Assembly: GCA_964492705.1 (NCBI GenBank) | Contig: CAZBLS010000003.1 | Span: 1-56,228 of the forward strand | DNA: 56,228 bases | Source: an uncultured Oscillospiraceae bacterium | Lineage (GTDB): Bacteria > Bacillota > Clostridia > Christensenellales > QALW01 | Reading direction: 5' to 3' | In this document: positions 43,472 through 52,515 of the stretch, piece after piece | Position numbering within the stretch: the stretch's first letter is position 1 | Layout of the letters: every line of letters begins with the position of its first letter | Notes under the pieces: model-generated | Seen by the model: the letters and a program-made list of their open reading frames with translations, nothing else | Databases searched by the model: none | What the model was told of the DNA's origin: nothing | Translations under genes and position numbers: made by a program

Positions 43472-45913
43472 TTACAGGTTTAGAACTTTAACTCCGCATA
43501 TCTCATCACCCATAACCGCAAGGGAATAGGGTTTTCCTGCGGAAAGGCGCTGTTCGATAAAGATGTTTTCGCTTTGGAAAACGTCGATTTCGCCGTTTAA
43601 GTGGAGTGCAAGTATTTCAACGGGTTCTTTTACGTAAACCGCACCCACCGCTTTTGAACCGTTCGAGCCGTTTTTGCGCCATTCAAAGGTTTTAGAGCCT
43701 TTTCTTGCCCTGATTGAGGGTTCGTAGTCAAGTGCCAAAGTGCGTTTGGCATAGCCTTTTTCACTGAAAACGATTATTTCGCCCTCGTCGTTTATCTGTG
43801 AGGCAAATACGGCACGGTCGTCATCATCAAGGGAAATACCCTTTACGCCTGCGGTAACTCTTCCCGTTACGGAAACGTCGGAAATATCCGCATTAAGGCT
43901 CATTGCATGTTCGGTAATATAAAGTACTGTGCTGTTTTCACTGCGCAACTGCACGTTCAGCACACGGTCGCCGTCCTTTAAACTTATTGCATAGAATTTG
44001 CTCTTTTTGATACCGTATTCGCTTAAAGACGAAATTTTAAGCATACCTTTTTCGGTCATAAATACAAGTTCGCCCTCGGGCAAAGCGGTTTTGTAGCAAA
44101 TTCCGAAGAGAATGTGTTCTCCGTCGTCAAATCCCGAACAAATACGGGCAGGGGGACATCCTTTGTCACGCCACTTGCATTCGGGAATATCTTCGGCTTT
44201 CACGTTGTAGCAGTTGCCCAAATCGGTGAAGAAAAGCACGTTCATATCCGTCTGTGCGGAAAGTGTAAAGGAAATTATGCTTCCCGTATCTTTCGGCGCT
44301 TCTTTTGCGGAAAGATTGTAGTTCTTAACGGGAACACGTTTTATAAACCCGTCACTGTCGGCGGATATTACAACGTCCTCCACGGCTTTGAAACTGTCAC
44401 GGGTGATTTCTTCTTCCTTGTGACCGTAGATTATTTCCGTTCTGCGCTTGTCCCTGTATTTGCGTTTAATATCAAGCAAACTCTTTTTGATAACCGCATT
44501 GAGCTTGGCTTTGCTTTGAAGTATTCCGTTAAGTTCGTCGATAAGTTCCCGTACGGAGGCGAGTTCTTTTGCAAGAGTTTCGATTTCAAGCCCCGTAAGC
44601 CTTTGCAGGCGCATTTCGAGAATTGCCGTTGCCTGACGTTCGGTAAGTTCAAAGTTTTCACGGAGTTTTTCTTTTGCCGTGCGCACGTTGGGAGAAGAAC
44701 GGATTATTTTAATAACTTTGTCGATATTTTCGATTGCAATCATCAGTCCCGACAGAATTTCTTCCCTCTGCCGAGCGGATTCAAGGTCGTGACGGACACG
44801 CTTGCGTTCAACTTCTTTTTGATATTCGATATAATATCTTGTCATTTCAAGCAAGCCCATCTGTTTGGGTTTACCGTCGGCAATGGCAACCATATTTACA
44901 CCGAAAGTCTTTTGCATATTGCTGTACTTGTAAAGATAAGGCAAAATTTTGTCAACGTCGCCGTCTTTGCGCACTTCTATTACCGCACGCAATCCCTCAC
45001 GGTCGGATTCGTCCCTTATATCGCTTATCTGTGCAAGAGGACCTTTTTTCTCGTTGACCATTTTCATTATTTCCACAAGCATAGATGCTTTGTTCACCTG
45101 ATAGGGAACTTCGTGTATAACAATGAGTTTTTTTCCGTTGGAACCGTTTTCGACGGAAACTTTCGCACGCATAATAAGTTTTCCGCTACCGTGTTCGTAA
45201 GCATCCTTTATTGCTTCGCCGTTGACAATAAGTCCGCCGGTGGGGAAGTCGGGTCCCTTGATATATTTCATCATTTCATCAAGGGTGATACGGGGATTAT
45301 CTATCTGTGCAACGATACCGTCGATTACCTCACCCAAATTATGGGTGGGAATATTGGTGGCAAGACCAACCGCTATACCCGTTGCGCCGTTTACCAAAAG
45401 ATTGGGGAAACGTCCGGGGAGAATATCCGGTTCTTTTCTCGTATCGTCAAAGTTAAGTGACCATTTTACCGTATCTTTTTCAATATCACGCAGAAGTTCA
45501 AGGGCAAGAGGCGCCATACGTGCTTCGGTATAACGGAATGCGGCGGCAGAGTCACCGTCAATCGAACCGAAGTTTCCGTGACCGTCCACAAGGGGGGCAC
45601 GCATAACAAAGTCCTGCGCCATACGTACCATAGTGTCGTATATGGAAGAATCGCCGTGGGGATGGTACTTTGCCATTGTTTCACCCACGATATTAGCCGA
45701 TTTTTTAAAGGGCTTATCGGGTGTAAGACCCTGTTCGTACATAACGTACAGCACACGTCTTTGTACGGGTTTAAGTCCGTCTTCAACACGTGGGAGAGCA
45801 CGTTCGAGAATAACGTGTTCGGAATAGGGGATCATTGACGAATGCATAACCTCTTCCATTGTTTGGCGGAGGATTATACTGTTGTCGATTATTTCATCGT
45901 TCTTTTTTGCCAT
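43472..45913 (-). CDS. parC: Type IIA topoisomerase subunit A, topoisomerase IV ParC-like
   Basis: 813 aa. ERALPRVEDGLKPVQRRVLY (KPVQRR as in Firmicute ParC; GyrA has KPVHRR), active-site AAFRYTEARM, no GyrA-box (QRRGGKG) seen in the C-terminal domain. plsY-parE-parC synteny. Confidence 0.85.
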   Translation of the reverse strand: MAKKNDEIIDNSIILRQTMEEVMHSSMIPYSEHVILERALPRVEDGLKPVQRRVLYVMYEQGLTPDKPFKKSANIVGETMAKYHPHGDSSIYDTMVRMAQDFVMRAPLVDGHGNFGSIDGDSAAAFRYTEARMAPLALELLRDIEKDTVKWSLNFDDTRKEPDILPGRFPNLLVNGATGIAVGLATNIPTHNLGEVIDGIVAQIDNPRITLDEMMKYIKGPDFPTGGLIVNGEAIKDAYEHGSGKLIMRAKVSVENGSNGKKLIVIHEVPYQVNKASMLVEIMKMVNEKKGPLAQISDIRDESDREGLRAVIEVRKDGDVDKILPYLYKYSNMQKTFGVNMVAIADGKPKQMGLLEMTRYYIEYQKEVERKRVRHDLESARQREEILSGLMIAIENIDKVIKIIRSSPNVRTAKEKLRENFELTERQATAILEMRLQRLTGLEIETLAKELASVRELIDELNGILQSKAKLNAVIKKSLLDIKRKYRDKRRTEIIYGHKEEEITRDSFKAVEDVVISADSDGFIKRVPVKNYNLSAKEAPKDTGSIISFTLSAQTDMNVLFFTDLGNCYNVKAEDIPECKWRDKGCPPARICSGFDDGEHILFGICYKTALPEGELVFMTEKGMLKISSLSEYGIKKSKFYAISLKDGDRVLNVQLRSENSTVLYITEHAMSLNADISDVSVTGRVTAGVKGISLDDDDRAVFASQINDEGEIIVFSEKGYAKRTLALDYEPSIRARKGSKTFEWRKNGSNGSKAVGAVYVKEPVEILALHLNGEIDVFQSENIFIEQRLSAGKPYSLAVMGDEICGVKVLNL

Positions 45914-47875
45914 TTACTTTATTACCCCCGTTTCTTTTGCAAAGGAATCCGTTTTGTTAAAGTTTGCGTTTTCGATAATATACTGCCTGCGAACGTCAAC
46001 TTTGTCGCCCATAAGTACCGTAACAAGACGTTCTGCTTCCGTTGCGTCTTCGATAGTAACTCTTACAAGCGTACGGTGGGCAGGGTTCATAGTGGTTTCC
46101 CATAACTGTTCGGGGTCCATTTCGCCGAGACCTTTATAACGCTGTATGGTGTAACCTCTTCCCAATTTTTCCGCTGCGGCAATGCGCTCTTCGTCGGAAT
46201 AGCAGTATATAAGTTCCTTTGTGGAATTTTTTTCAAGCCTGTAAAGGGGCGGCGTGCCGATATATATATGACCCTCGGTAATAAGGGGTTTCATATATCG
46301 GTAGAAGAACGTAAGAAGAAGCGAACGGATGTGTCCTCCGTCTTGGTCGGCGTCGGCAAGAATGATTATCTTGTGGTATTTAAGCAGTGAAATATCGAAA
46401 TCGTCGTCAATACCAGTACCGAGAGCGGTTATAAGGGAACAGTATTCTTCGTTGCCCAAAATTTGTTCTATTCTGCGCTTTTCGCTGTTTGCAGGCTTGC
46501 CTCTAAGGGGAAGTATTGCCTGAAAACGCCTGTCGCGACCCTGTTTTGCGCTTCCGCCTGCGGAATCTCCCTCAACTATTATAAGTTCGTTTTGCTCGGC
46601 TTTTTTGCCTGTGCAAGGGGAAAGTTTACCTACAAGAGCGGTAATATCGAGGCTGTTCTTTTTTCTTGCGATATCTTTGGCTTTTTTTGCCGCTTCACGT
46701 ACTTTTGCGGCGGATGCGGCTTTTTCCAAGATTATATTTCCCACGGCATCGCTTTTGGGGTCATCCAAATACTTTGTAAGACCCTCCGAAACAACCGCTT
46801 CAACCGCAGGACGTGCTTCAACGGAACCGAGTTTCGCTTTGGTCTGTCCTTCAAATTGCACGCTTTGCATTTTTACCGCAATAACGGCAGTCATACCCTC
46901 TCGGAAATCTTCACCGTTAAAGTTAGGGTCTTTTTCTTTTAAAAATTCCCGTCTCCGTGCGTATTCGTTAAGCACTTTCGTCATAGCACTGCGGAAACCC
47001 GTTTCGTGAGTTCCGCCCTCGCCGGTAGGTATATTGTTTACAAAAGAAACGGTGGTTTCACTGTAAGAATCGGTGTACTGCAAGGCAACTTCCACTTTTA
47101 TGCCGTTGCTTTCGCCGGAAATGAGAATAGGCTCATCGAAAAGGGAAGTTTTGCCCTCGTTTGAATATTTTACAAAATCCGCTATACCGCCCGAAAAACA
47201 GTAATGCTTTTCCTGCTCTTTTCCGTTGCGTGTATCCACAAGGTTGATTTTAAGACCTGCATTTAAAAATGCAAGTTCTTTAAGTCTGTGGGCAATGGTA
47301 TCAAAACTGAAAACAGCCGTGCCGAAAACAAGTTTGTCGGGTTTGAATGTTACGAGAGAACCGTGTTTTTCGGTAGTACCGACTTTTGTAAGGTGCGTTT
47401 TTATTGCGCCCGAAACCACTTTCTTGCCGTCTTCGGTATATTGGCGTTCAAATTCAGCTTTGTATGCTTTATAATCTTTAAAAACTTCAACCGCAGTAAA
47501 TTCCGAAAGTGCATTTACAACGCTGGCACCTACGCCGTGCAGACCTCCGCTGAAACGGTACTGACTGTTGTCGAATTTTCCTCCTGCGTGCAGTTGGGTG
47601 AAAATAACCTCAACGCCCGAAATACCTTTTTGGGGATGTATGTCCACAGGCATACCTCTGCCGTTATCTTCCACCGAAACGGTGTTTTCGTCCGTAAGAG
47701 TAACGGTGACTTCGTCGGCATAACCGTTGGCGGCTTCGTCAATGGCGTTGTCCACGATCTCCCACAAAAGATGGTGCATACCCTCAGGACCCGTTGTACC
47801 TATGTACATACCCGGACGCATTCTTACCGCATCAAGACCTTCAAGTATTCGTATGTCTTTTGCTTCGTATCCCAT
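45914..47875 (-). CDS. parE: Type IIA topoisomerase subunit B, topoisomerase IV ParE-like
   Basis: 653 aa. GHKL ATPase N-terminus (LEGLDAVRMRPGMYIG), TOPRIM EGDSAGG. GGAGG SD. Its stop abuts the parC start. Confidence 0.85.
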   Translation of the reverse strand: MGYEAKDIRILEGLDAVRMRPGMYIGTTGPEGMHHLLWEIVDNAIDEAANGYADEVTVTLTDENTVSVEDNGRGMPVDIHPQKGISGVEVIFTQLHAGGKFDNSQYRFSGGLHGVGASVVNALSEFTAVEVFKDYKAYKAEFERQYTEDGKKVVSGAIKTHLTKVGTTEKHGSLVTFKPDKLVFGTAVFSFDTIAHRLKELAFLNAGLKINLVDTRNGKEQEKHYCFSGGIADFVKYSNEGKTSLFDEPILISGESNGIKVEVALQYTDSYSETTVSFVNNIPTGEGGTHETGFRSAMTKVLNEYARRREFLKEKDPNFNGEDFREGMTAVIAVKMQSVQFEGQTKAKLGSVEARPAVEAVVSEGLTKYLDDPKSDAVGNIILEKAASAAKVREAAKKAKDIARKKNSLDITALVGKLSPCTGKKAEQNELIIVEGDSAGGSAKQGRDRRFQAILPLRGKPANSEKRRIEQILGNEEYCSLITALGTGIDDDFDISLLKYHKIIILADADQDGGHIRSLLLTFFYRYMKPLITEGHIYIGTPPLYRLEKNSTKELIYCYSDEERIAAAEKLGRGYTIQRYKGLGEMDPEQLWETTMNPAHRTLVRVTIEDATEAERLVTVLMGDKVDVRRQYIIENANFNKTDSFAKETGVIK

Positions 47876-47892
47876 TAATAACCTCCGAAAGA

Positions 47893-48537
47893 TCAGTTTT
47901 TAAATATTTTAATCTGTTTTTCTTCGCCTTTGAAAAGACGTACGATGTTTTTCCTGTGCATAAATACCATTAAAAGGAACAGGAACCACAGGAAAACGAT
48001 TTCGTATATATCGCCCCGTGCATCGAAAAGCGAGAACGTGACGGATGCAAGGAACATTGTAACTATTGAAACTATGGAATAAACTTTTATGTATATGTTG
48101 GCGAATATGGCGAAAACAATGAATATAAGTCCCATCCAAGGATTGAGTACAAGTAACATACCCAAAGAACAGGAAACGCCTTTTCCGCCCTTGAAGCCCA
48201 TAAATACGGGGAAATTATGCCCGATTATCGCACCGAGACCGCCGATGAGCACGTAGGGGGAAGTAAAACCGTACAAAAGGGAAAATCCATCAAAACCCCT
48301 GCCGATAATAAGGCAACCCAAAAGGGAAGAGATAACCGCTTTCATAGCATCGGCAAAGAAAACCGGAACGGCATATTTTAAGCCGAAATTGCGCAAAATA
48401 TTCGCCGCACCTGCGTTACCGCTGCCGAGAGTGCGGATATCCTTTTTAGCCAAGGCTTTGCTCATTATGTTGGAAAAAGAGATATTGCCTATTAAATATC
48501 CCACTGCAAAAGCCAAAACGCATCTTAAAACGGTCAT
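47893..48537 (-). CDS. plsY: Glycerol-3-phosphate acyltransferase PlsY
   Basis: 214 aa membrane protein with GSGNAGAAN and HNFPVFMGFKGGKG motifs. Confidence 0.92.
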   Translation of the reverse strand: MTVLRCVLAFAVGYLIGNISFSNIMSKALAKKDIRTLGSGNAGAANILRNFGLKYAVPVFFADAMKAVISSLLGCLIIGRGFDGFSLLYGFTSPYVLIGGLGAIIGHNFPVFMGFKGGKGVSCSLGMLLVLNPWMGLIFIVFAIFANIYIKVYSIVSIVTMFLASVTFSLFDARGDIYEIVFLWFLFLLMVFMHRKNIVRLFKGEEKQIKIFKN

Positions 48538-49859
48538 TTTTTATCGTTCTCCTTTTCACGCAAAATCAAATGAATGGGAGTGCCCTTGAAGCCGAACGCT
48601 TCTCTGAAAGTGTTTTCAAGATAACGTTTGTAAGAAAAATGCATAAGTTTCGCATCGTTTACGAAAAGTACGAATGCAGGGGGACGTACAGCAACCTGTG
48701 CGGCATATTTTATCTTTATGCGTCTGCCGTTCTTGGCCGGAGGCTCATTTAACTGCATAGCATCGGAAAGGGTATCGTTAAGCACACCTGTTGTAATGCG
48801 TTTTGATGCTATATCGTAAAGTTCGGCGGCGGAAGCGAGCAGTTTTTGCGTGCGCTGACCGGTAAGAGCGGAAATAAATATATAGTCCACATAGTCCATA
48901 AACGCAAGGTCGGCACGCATACGCTTTTTAAATTTTTCACTTGTATTGGTATCTTTTTCGATAAGATCCCATTTGTTTACAACAACGATTGCGGATTTGC
49001 CCTGTTCTTTTACAAATCCCGCAATTTTAACGTCCTGTTCGGTCATACCCTCGGATGCATCGAGCACGATAAAAGCAACATCGCAACGGCGTATTGCATC
49101 AAGAGAACGTATTACGCTGTAACGTTCAACGGTTCCGTCATCAATGGATTTCTTTCTGCGGATACCTGCGGTATCGATAAGCACGAAATTCCTGCCGTTA
49201 TATTCGATAGGCGTATCTATGGCATCTCGGGTGGTGCCGGGAATATTGCTTACTATGGAACGGTTTTCGCCGAGCAACCTGTTTACAAGGGAAGATTTAC
49301 CGGCATTGGGTTTACCTACGACCGCAATTTTTACCGTGCCGTCGTCTTCATCCTCGTCTTCGGCTTTGGGAAAGTTTTCAACTATTTTATCCAAAAGGTC
49401 GCCGATACCAGTCATATTCAAAGCGGATATTGCCATAGGTTCGCCCAAACCCAAGGAATAAAAATCGTAAACGCTGTCTTCCAGCGCAGGGGAATCGGTT
49501 TTGTTTACAACAAGAATAATATTGCTGTGGCGCTTGCGCAAGTAATCAGCCACGTCTCTGTCGGCGGAAAGCATACCTTGGCGTGCATCTGTAAAGAACA
49601 GGATAACGTCAGCCGTATCAACGGCAACTTCCGCCTGTTTAAGCATTTCGTTATAGAATACGTCGTCGCTTTTAAGTTCGATTCCGCCTGTGTCTATCAG
49701 GGTAAAAGAGTAATCGAGCCAAGTAACGTCCGTATAGAGCCTGTCTCGTGTTACACCGGGAGTATCTTCGACTATCGAAAGCCTTTTTCCCGAAATTTTA
49801 TTAAAAAAAGTGGATTTACCCACATTGGGTCTGCCCACTATGGCAACAAGTGGTTTCAT
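48534..49859 (-). CDS. der: Ribosome biogenesis GTPase Der (EngA)
   Basis: 441 aa with tandem G domains (GRPNVGKST; GKPNAGKSS) plus a KH-like C-terminus. Confidence 0.95.
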   Translation of the reverse strand: MKPLVAIVGRPNVGKSTFFNKISGKRLSIVEDTPGVTRDRLYTDVTWLDYSFTLIDTGGIELKSDDVFYNEMLKQAEVAVDTADVILFFTDARQGMLSADRDVADYLRKRHSNIILVVNKTDSPALEDSVYDFYSLGLGEPMAISALNMTGIGDLLDKIVENFPKAEDEDEDDGTVKIAVVGKPNAGKSSLVNRLLGENRSIVSNIPGTTRDAIDTPIEYNGRNFVLIDTAGIRRKKSIDDGTVERYSVIRSLDAIRRCDVAFIVLDASEGMTEQDVKIAGFVKEQGKSAIVVVNKWDLIEKDTNTSEKFKKRMRADLAFMDYVDYIFISALTGQRTQKLLASAAELYDIASKRITTGVLNDTLSDAMQLNEPPAKNGRRIKIKYAAQVAVRPPAFVLFVNDAKLMHFSYKRYLENTFREAFGFKGTPIHLILREKENDKK

Positions 49860-49875
49860 ATACTGTTATCCTTTC

Positions 49876-51192
49876 TTAAACGTCTTTCTTTACACCGAGC
49901 ATTGCGTAAACAAAGGCTTCGCCTGTGTTTTCAATGGGTGTTACTTTTTTGTTTATCCAATTTTCCACGTCTTCAACACGCATATCGTCCAAGAATTTTC
50001 CGTCTTCGCCTCGGAGCATAACGTCGGTTATAAAGACCTCACTGCCCAGCTCCTTACCCTCTAACTGCACGGCAATATCTCTGCCCGTCAAAAGACCCGT
50101 TACGGTAACGGATTCACCGAAGAAAAAGTTGGTTATCGGGTAAACGTTTACGGTAAGGTTGGGGAAACGCTCTATAACGGTGTCGCACATTTCACGTATA
50201 AATGCGGTGGCGGAAACGCCTGTTGCCACGGATACTTTCCTATCGGGAATCCACGGGGGAACGGTAGCCATAGCATCGAGCACTTCCTGTTTGAATTTGG
50301 CAAGCAGACCTATACCGTTTTCGATCTGCGCAAAATCTTCGTAAGCATCCGCAGGGGGAGTGGGAAGACCTGCCTGAACGTAAAATTCGTCCGAGGGAAA
50401 GATAAAACGGGATCCTTTAAAATCAAGGCAACTTTCCTGCCATTTGGTTATTTCTTCAATAACGTGTTTTGCATCGGCGGCGTTAAAACGCTTTAACTTT
50501 GCAAGCTTTTTGCGGTGATAAGTTAATCCTACGGGAACTACCGCAAGAGATTTGCAGTAGGGGTAAAGGGTAAACAGATCCTCAAAAGTTTGCCTCAAAT
50601 AGTGCCCGTCATTTATTCCCGGGCAAAGGACCACCTGTGTGTGGAAACTTATTCCCGCATCGGCAAAACGCCGTAAAATAGGCATAATTTCCTGTGCTTT
50701 CGGGTTGCCGAGCATATATCTCCTGAGTTCGGGATCCGTTGCGTGAACGGAAATATACAGAGGAGAAATATGTTGGTCGATTATGCGCTGTATTTCCGTT
50801 TCGGAAACGTTTGTAAGTGTGACGAAACTGCCGAACAGTACGGAAGTGCGCCAATCGTCATCGCGGATATACAGTGTGGAACGCATATTCGGGGGAAGCT
50901 GATCCACAAAGCAGAAAATGCACTTATTGCAGCATTGGCGTATCTGCAACAGATCGTTTTCAAACTTCAATCCCAAGCGTTCGTCATCGTATTTTTCTAT
51001 ATCGTATGCGATTGCTTCGTGAGTTTCACCGTCGATAACGGTGAGAGTAAGTTCGGTCATCGCATCGTAGTATTCGTAATCCAAAATATCCCTTACGGGA
51101 TTATCGTTAATGGAAACGAGCACGTCACCCTCTTTTATGCCGAGTTCGGCACAAACAGAGTCTTCGGTAACTCCGATTATTTTATGGCGCAT
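49876..51192 (-). CDS. PDZ / radical-SAM-like / DUF512 protein
   Basis: Trimmed to the ATG at 51192 behind GGAGG. N-terminal PDZ-like segment and CX3CX2C (C-CNK-C-IF-C). Conserved position upstream of der. Confidence 0.8.
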   Translation of the reverse strand: MRHKIIGVTEDSVCAELGIKEGDVLVSINDNPVRDILDYEYYDAMTELTLTVIDGETHEAIAYDIEKYDDERLGLKFENDLLQIRQCCNKCIFCFVDQLPPNMRSTLYIRDDDWRTSVLFGSFVTLTNVSETEIQRIIDQHISPLYISVHATDPELRRYMLGNPKAQEIMPILRRFADAGISFHTQVVLCPGINDGHYLRQTFEDLFTLYPYCKSLAVVPVGLTYHRKKLAKLKRFNAADAKHVIEEITKWQESCLDFKGSRFIFPSDEFYVQAGLPTPPADAYEDFAQIENGIGLLAKFKQEVLDAMATVPPWIPDRKVSVATGVSATAFIREMCDTVIERFPNLTVNVYPITNFFFGESVTVTGLLTGRDIAVQLEGKELGSEVFITDVMLRGEDGKFLDDMRVEDVENWINKKVTPIENTGEAFVYAMLGVKKDV

Positions 51193-51260
51193 AACAGCCT
51201 CCGTTAAAAAATTTACATTTGAATATATATTATACAATAAAATCGGCTTTTTTTCAAGGC

Positions 51261-52073
51261 TTATTTTTTATTGGAAAGCAACGGCTCAAAGTTTACACCG
51301 TACCACCTTGCGTTTCCGTCGCAGGCGGTATTTTCCATTGCTTCCACCGTAAAGTCAACCGCTTTGTTCACGGCAATGTCAAGAGGCAGAGAATTTATAA
51401 GCGATGAGAAAAGCACCGAGGCGAAAATATCACCCGTTCCGTGGAAGACACCGTCTATGCGCTTGCGCATTACGGTAAAGTAGGAATCTGTGCTTCTTTT
51501 GTATACCGCAGTGCCTACGTTGCCGTTTTCCGCTATTCCCGTAATTACCGCCACATCGCATCCGAGTGAAGTAAGTTCCTTGGCACGGGAGGGTATATCG
51601 TCATCACGGTCAAGCCCTCGGTTTAACCCCAAAAGAAAGCCCGCTTCCGTCATATTCGGCATAATTATATCGGCCTTTTTTATTAAAGGAAGCATTCTTT
51701 TGGGCATTTCGGGGTCAATGCCCGAGTAGAGTTTTCCGTTGTCACCCATAACGGGATCAACGGCGATTATACTGTTTTCCGTTTTAAATTCGTTTATAAG
51801 TTCTTCCGCCAATGATACCTGCTTTACCGAACCCAAATATCCCGTGTAAATTCCGTCGAAAGTCAGTGCGTTGTTTTTCAGCGAACGGATTATTCTTTCA
51901 GCCTCGCAACTTAAATCGAAATATTCGAAATTTTCAAAGGCGGTGTGGCAGGAAAGCAGTGCGGTGGGAAGAGGACAGGCTTCTATACCGAACGAAGAGA
52001 TTATGGGAAGTGCTACCGAAAGTGAGCATTTGCCCACACAGGATATATCCTGCATTGTAATAATACGCTTCAT
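51261..52073 (-). CDS. pdxK: Pyridoxal/pyridoxine/pyridoxamine kinase
   Basis: 270 aa ribokinase-fold PdxK type (ISCVGKCSLSVALPIISSFGIE...HGTGDIFAS). Confidence 0.85.
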   Translation of the reverse strand: MKRIITMQDISCVGKCSLSVALPIISSFGIEACPLPTALLSCHTAFENFEYFDLSCEAERIIRSLKNNALTFDGIYTGYLGSVKQVSLAEELINEFKTENSIIAVDPVMGDNGKLYSGIDPEMPKRMLPLIKKADIIMPNMTEAGFLLGLNRGLDRDDDIPSRAKELTSLGCDVAVITGIAENGNVGTAVYKRSTDSYFTVMRKRIDGVFHGTGDIFASVLFSSLINSLPLDIAVNKAVDFTVEAMENTACDGNARWYGVNFEPLLSNKK

Positions 52074-52079
52074 TGAAGA

Positions 52080-52382
52080 TCAGTCCTCAAAATCAAAGCA
52101 GGCACGCTTTGAAGTGTAGGGGCGCACGTAGGTGTCGGCGACCGCAACGTGTTCGGGATGAGAGGAATATGCTTTGAGAGCACTTGCCGATTCAAATGAA
52201 GAATCGAGCATCATATCGCAGTTTGAAGAGGGAAGAGGGTGAATATTCACTTTTATTTCCGTTAAACCGTCTATCTTGCCCTTTAAGGATTCGAGATTTT
52301 TTTTCGCATTCGCTTTTACGGCTGATTTTTCTTCTGCGGAAAGTTCTTCTTTAAGATTCCAAAGTATAATATGTTTTACCAT
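52080..52382 (-). CDS. Dabb (stress-responsive A/B barrel) family protein
   Basis: 100 aa, MVKHIILWNLKEE...HPEHVAV typical of the Dabb domain. Confidence 0.8.
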   Translation of the reverse strand: MVKHIILWNLKEELSAEEKSAVKANAKKNLESLKGKIDGLTEIKVNIHPLPSSNCDMMLDSSFESASALKAYSSHPEHVAVADTYVRPYTSKRACFDFED

Positions 52383-52515
52383 TGTTTTTTCTCCTTTTAG
52401 ACATTCTTATAATATTGTACCAAAAAAAAAGAATAATTCAAAGCACTTTTTTACTTTACATTAAATGCGTAATGAGGTAAAATAAATCGGCATACAAAGG
52501 GAAAGAAGGAAAACG

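Noticed and set aside
44114-45460. 448-aa ORF on the + strand inside parC
   Set aside because: Antisense shadow ORF of a strongly supported gene. The sequence is low-complexity and F/V/K-rich, with no SD or motif. The same applies to the 46463..47009 and 47288..47878 ORFs opposite parE.
43472-47875. Calling these genes gyrA/gyrB
   Set aside because: KPVQRR rather than KPVHRR, no GyrA-box seen, no dnaA/dnaN/recF context, and a plsY-parE-parC arrangement all favour topoisomerase IV. Phylogeny is needed for certainty.
48846-50021. 391-aa ORF on the + strand opposite der/DUF512
   Set aside because: Antisense shadow of der. It spans an intergenic gap between two real genes and has no recognisable domain.
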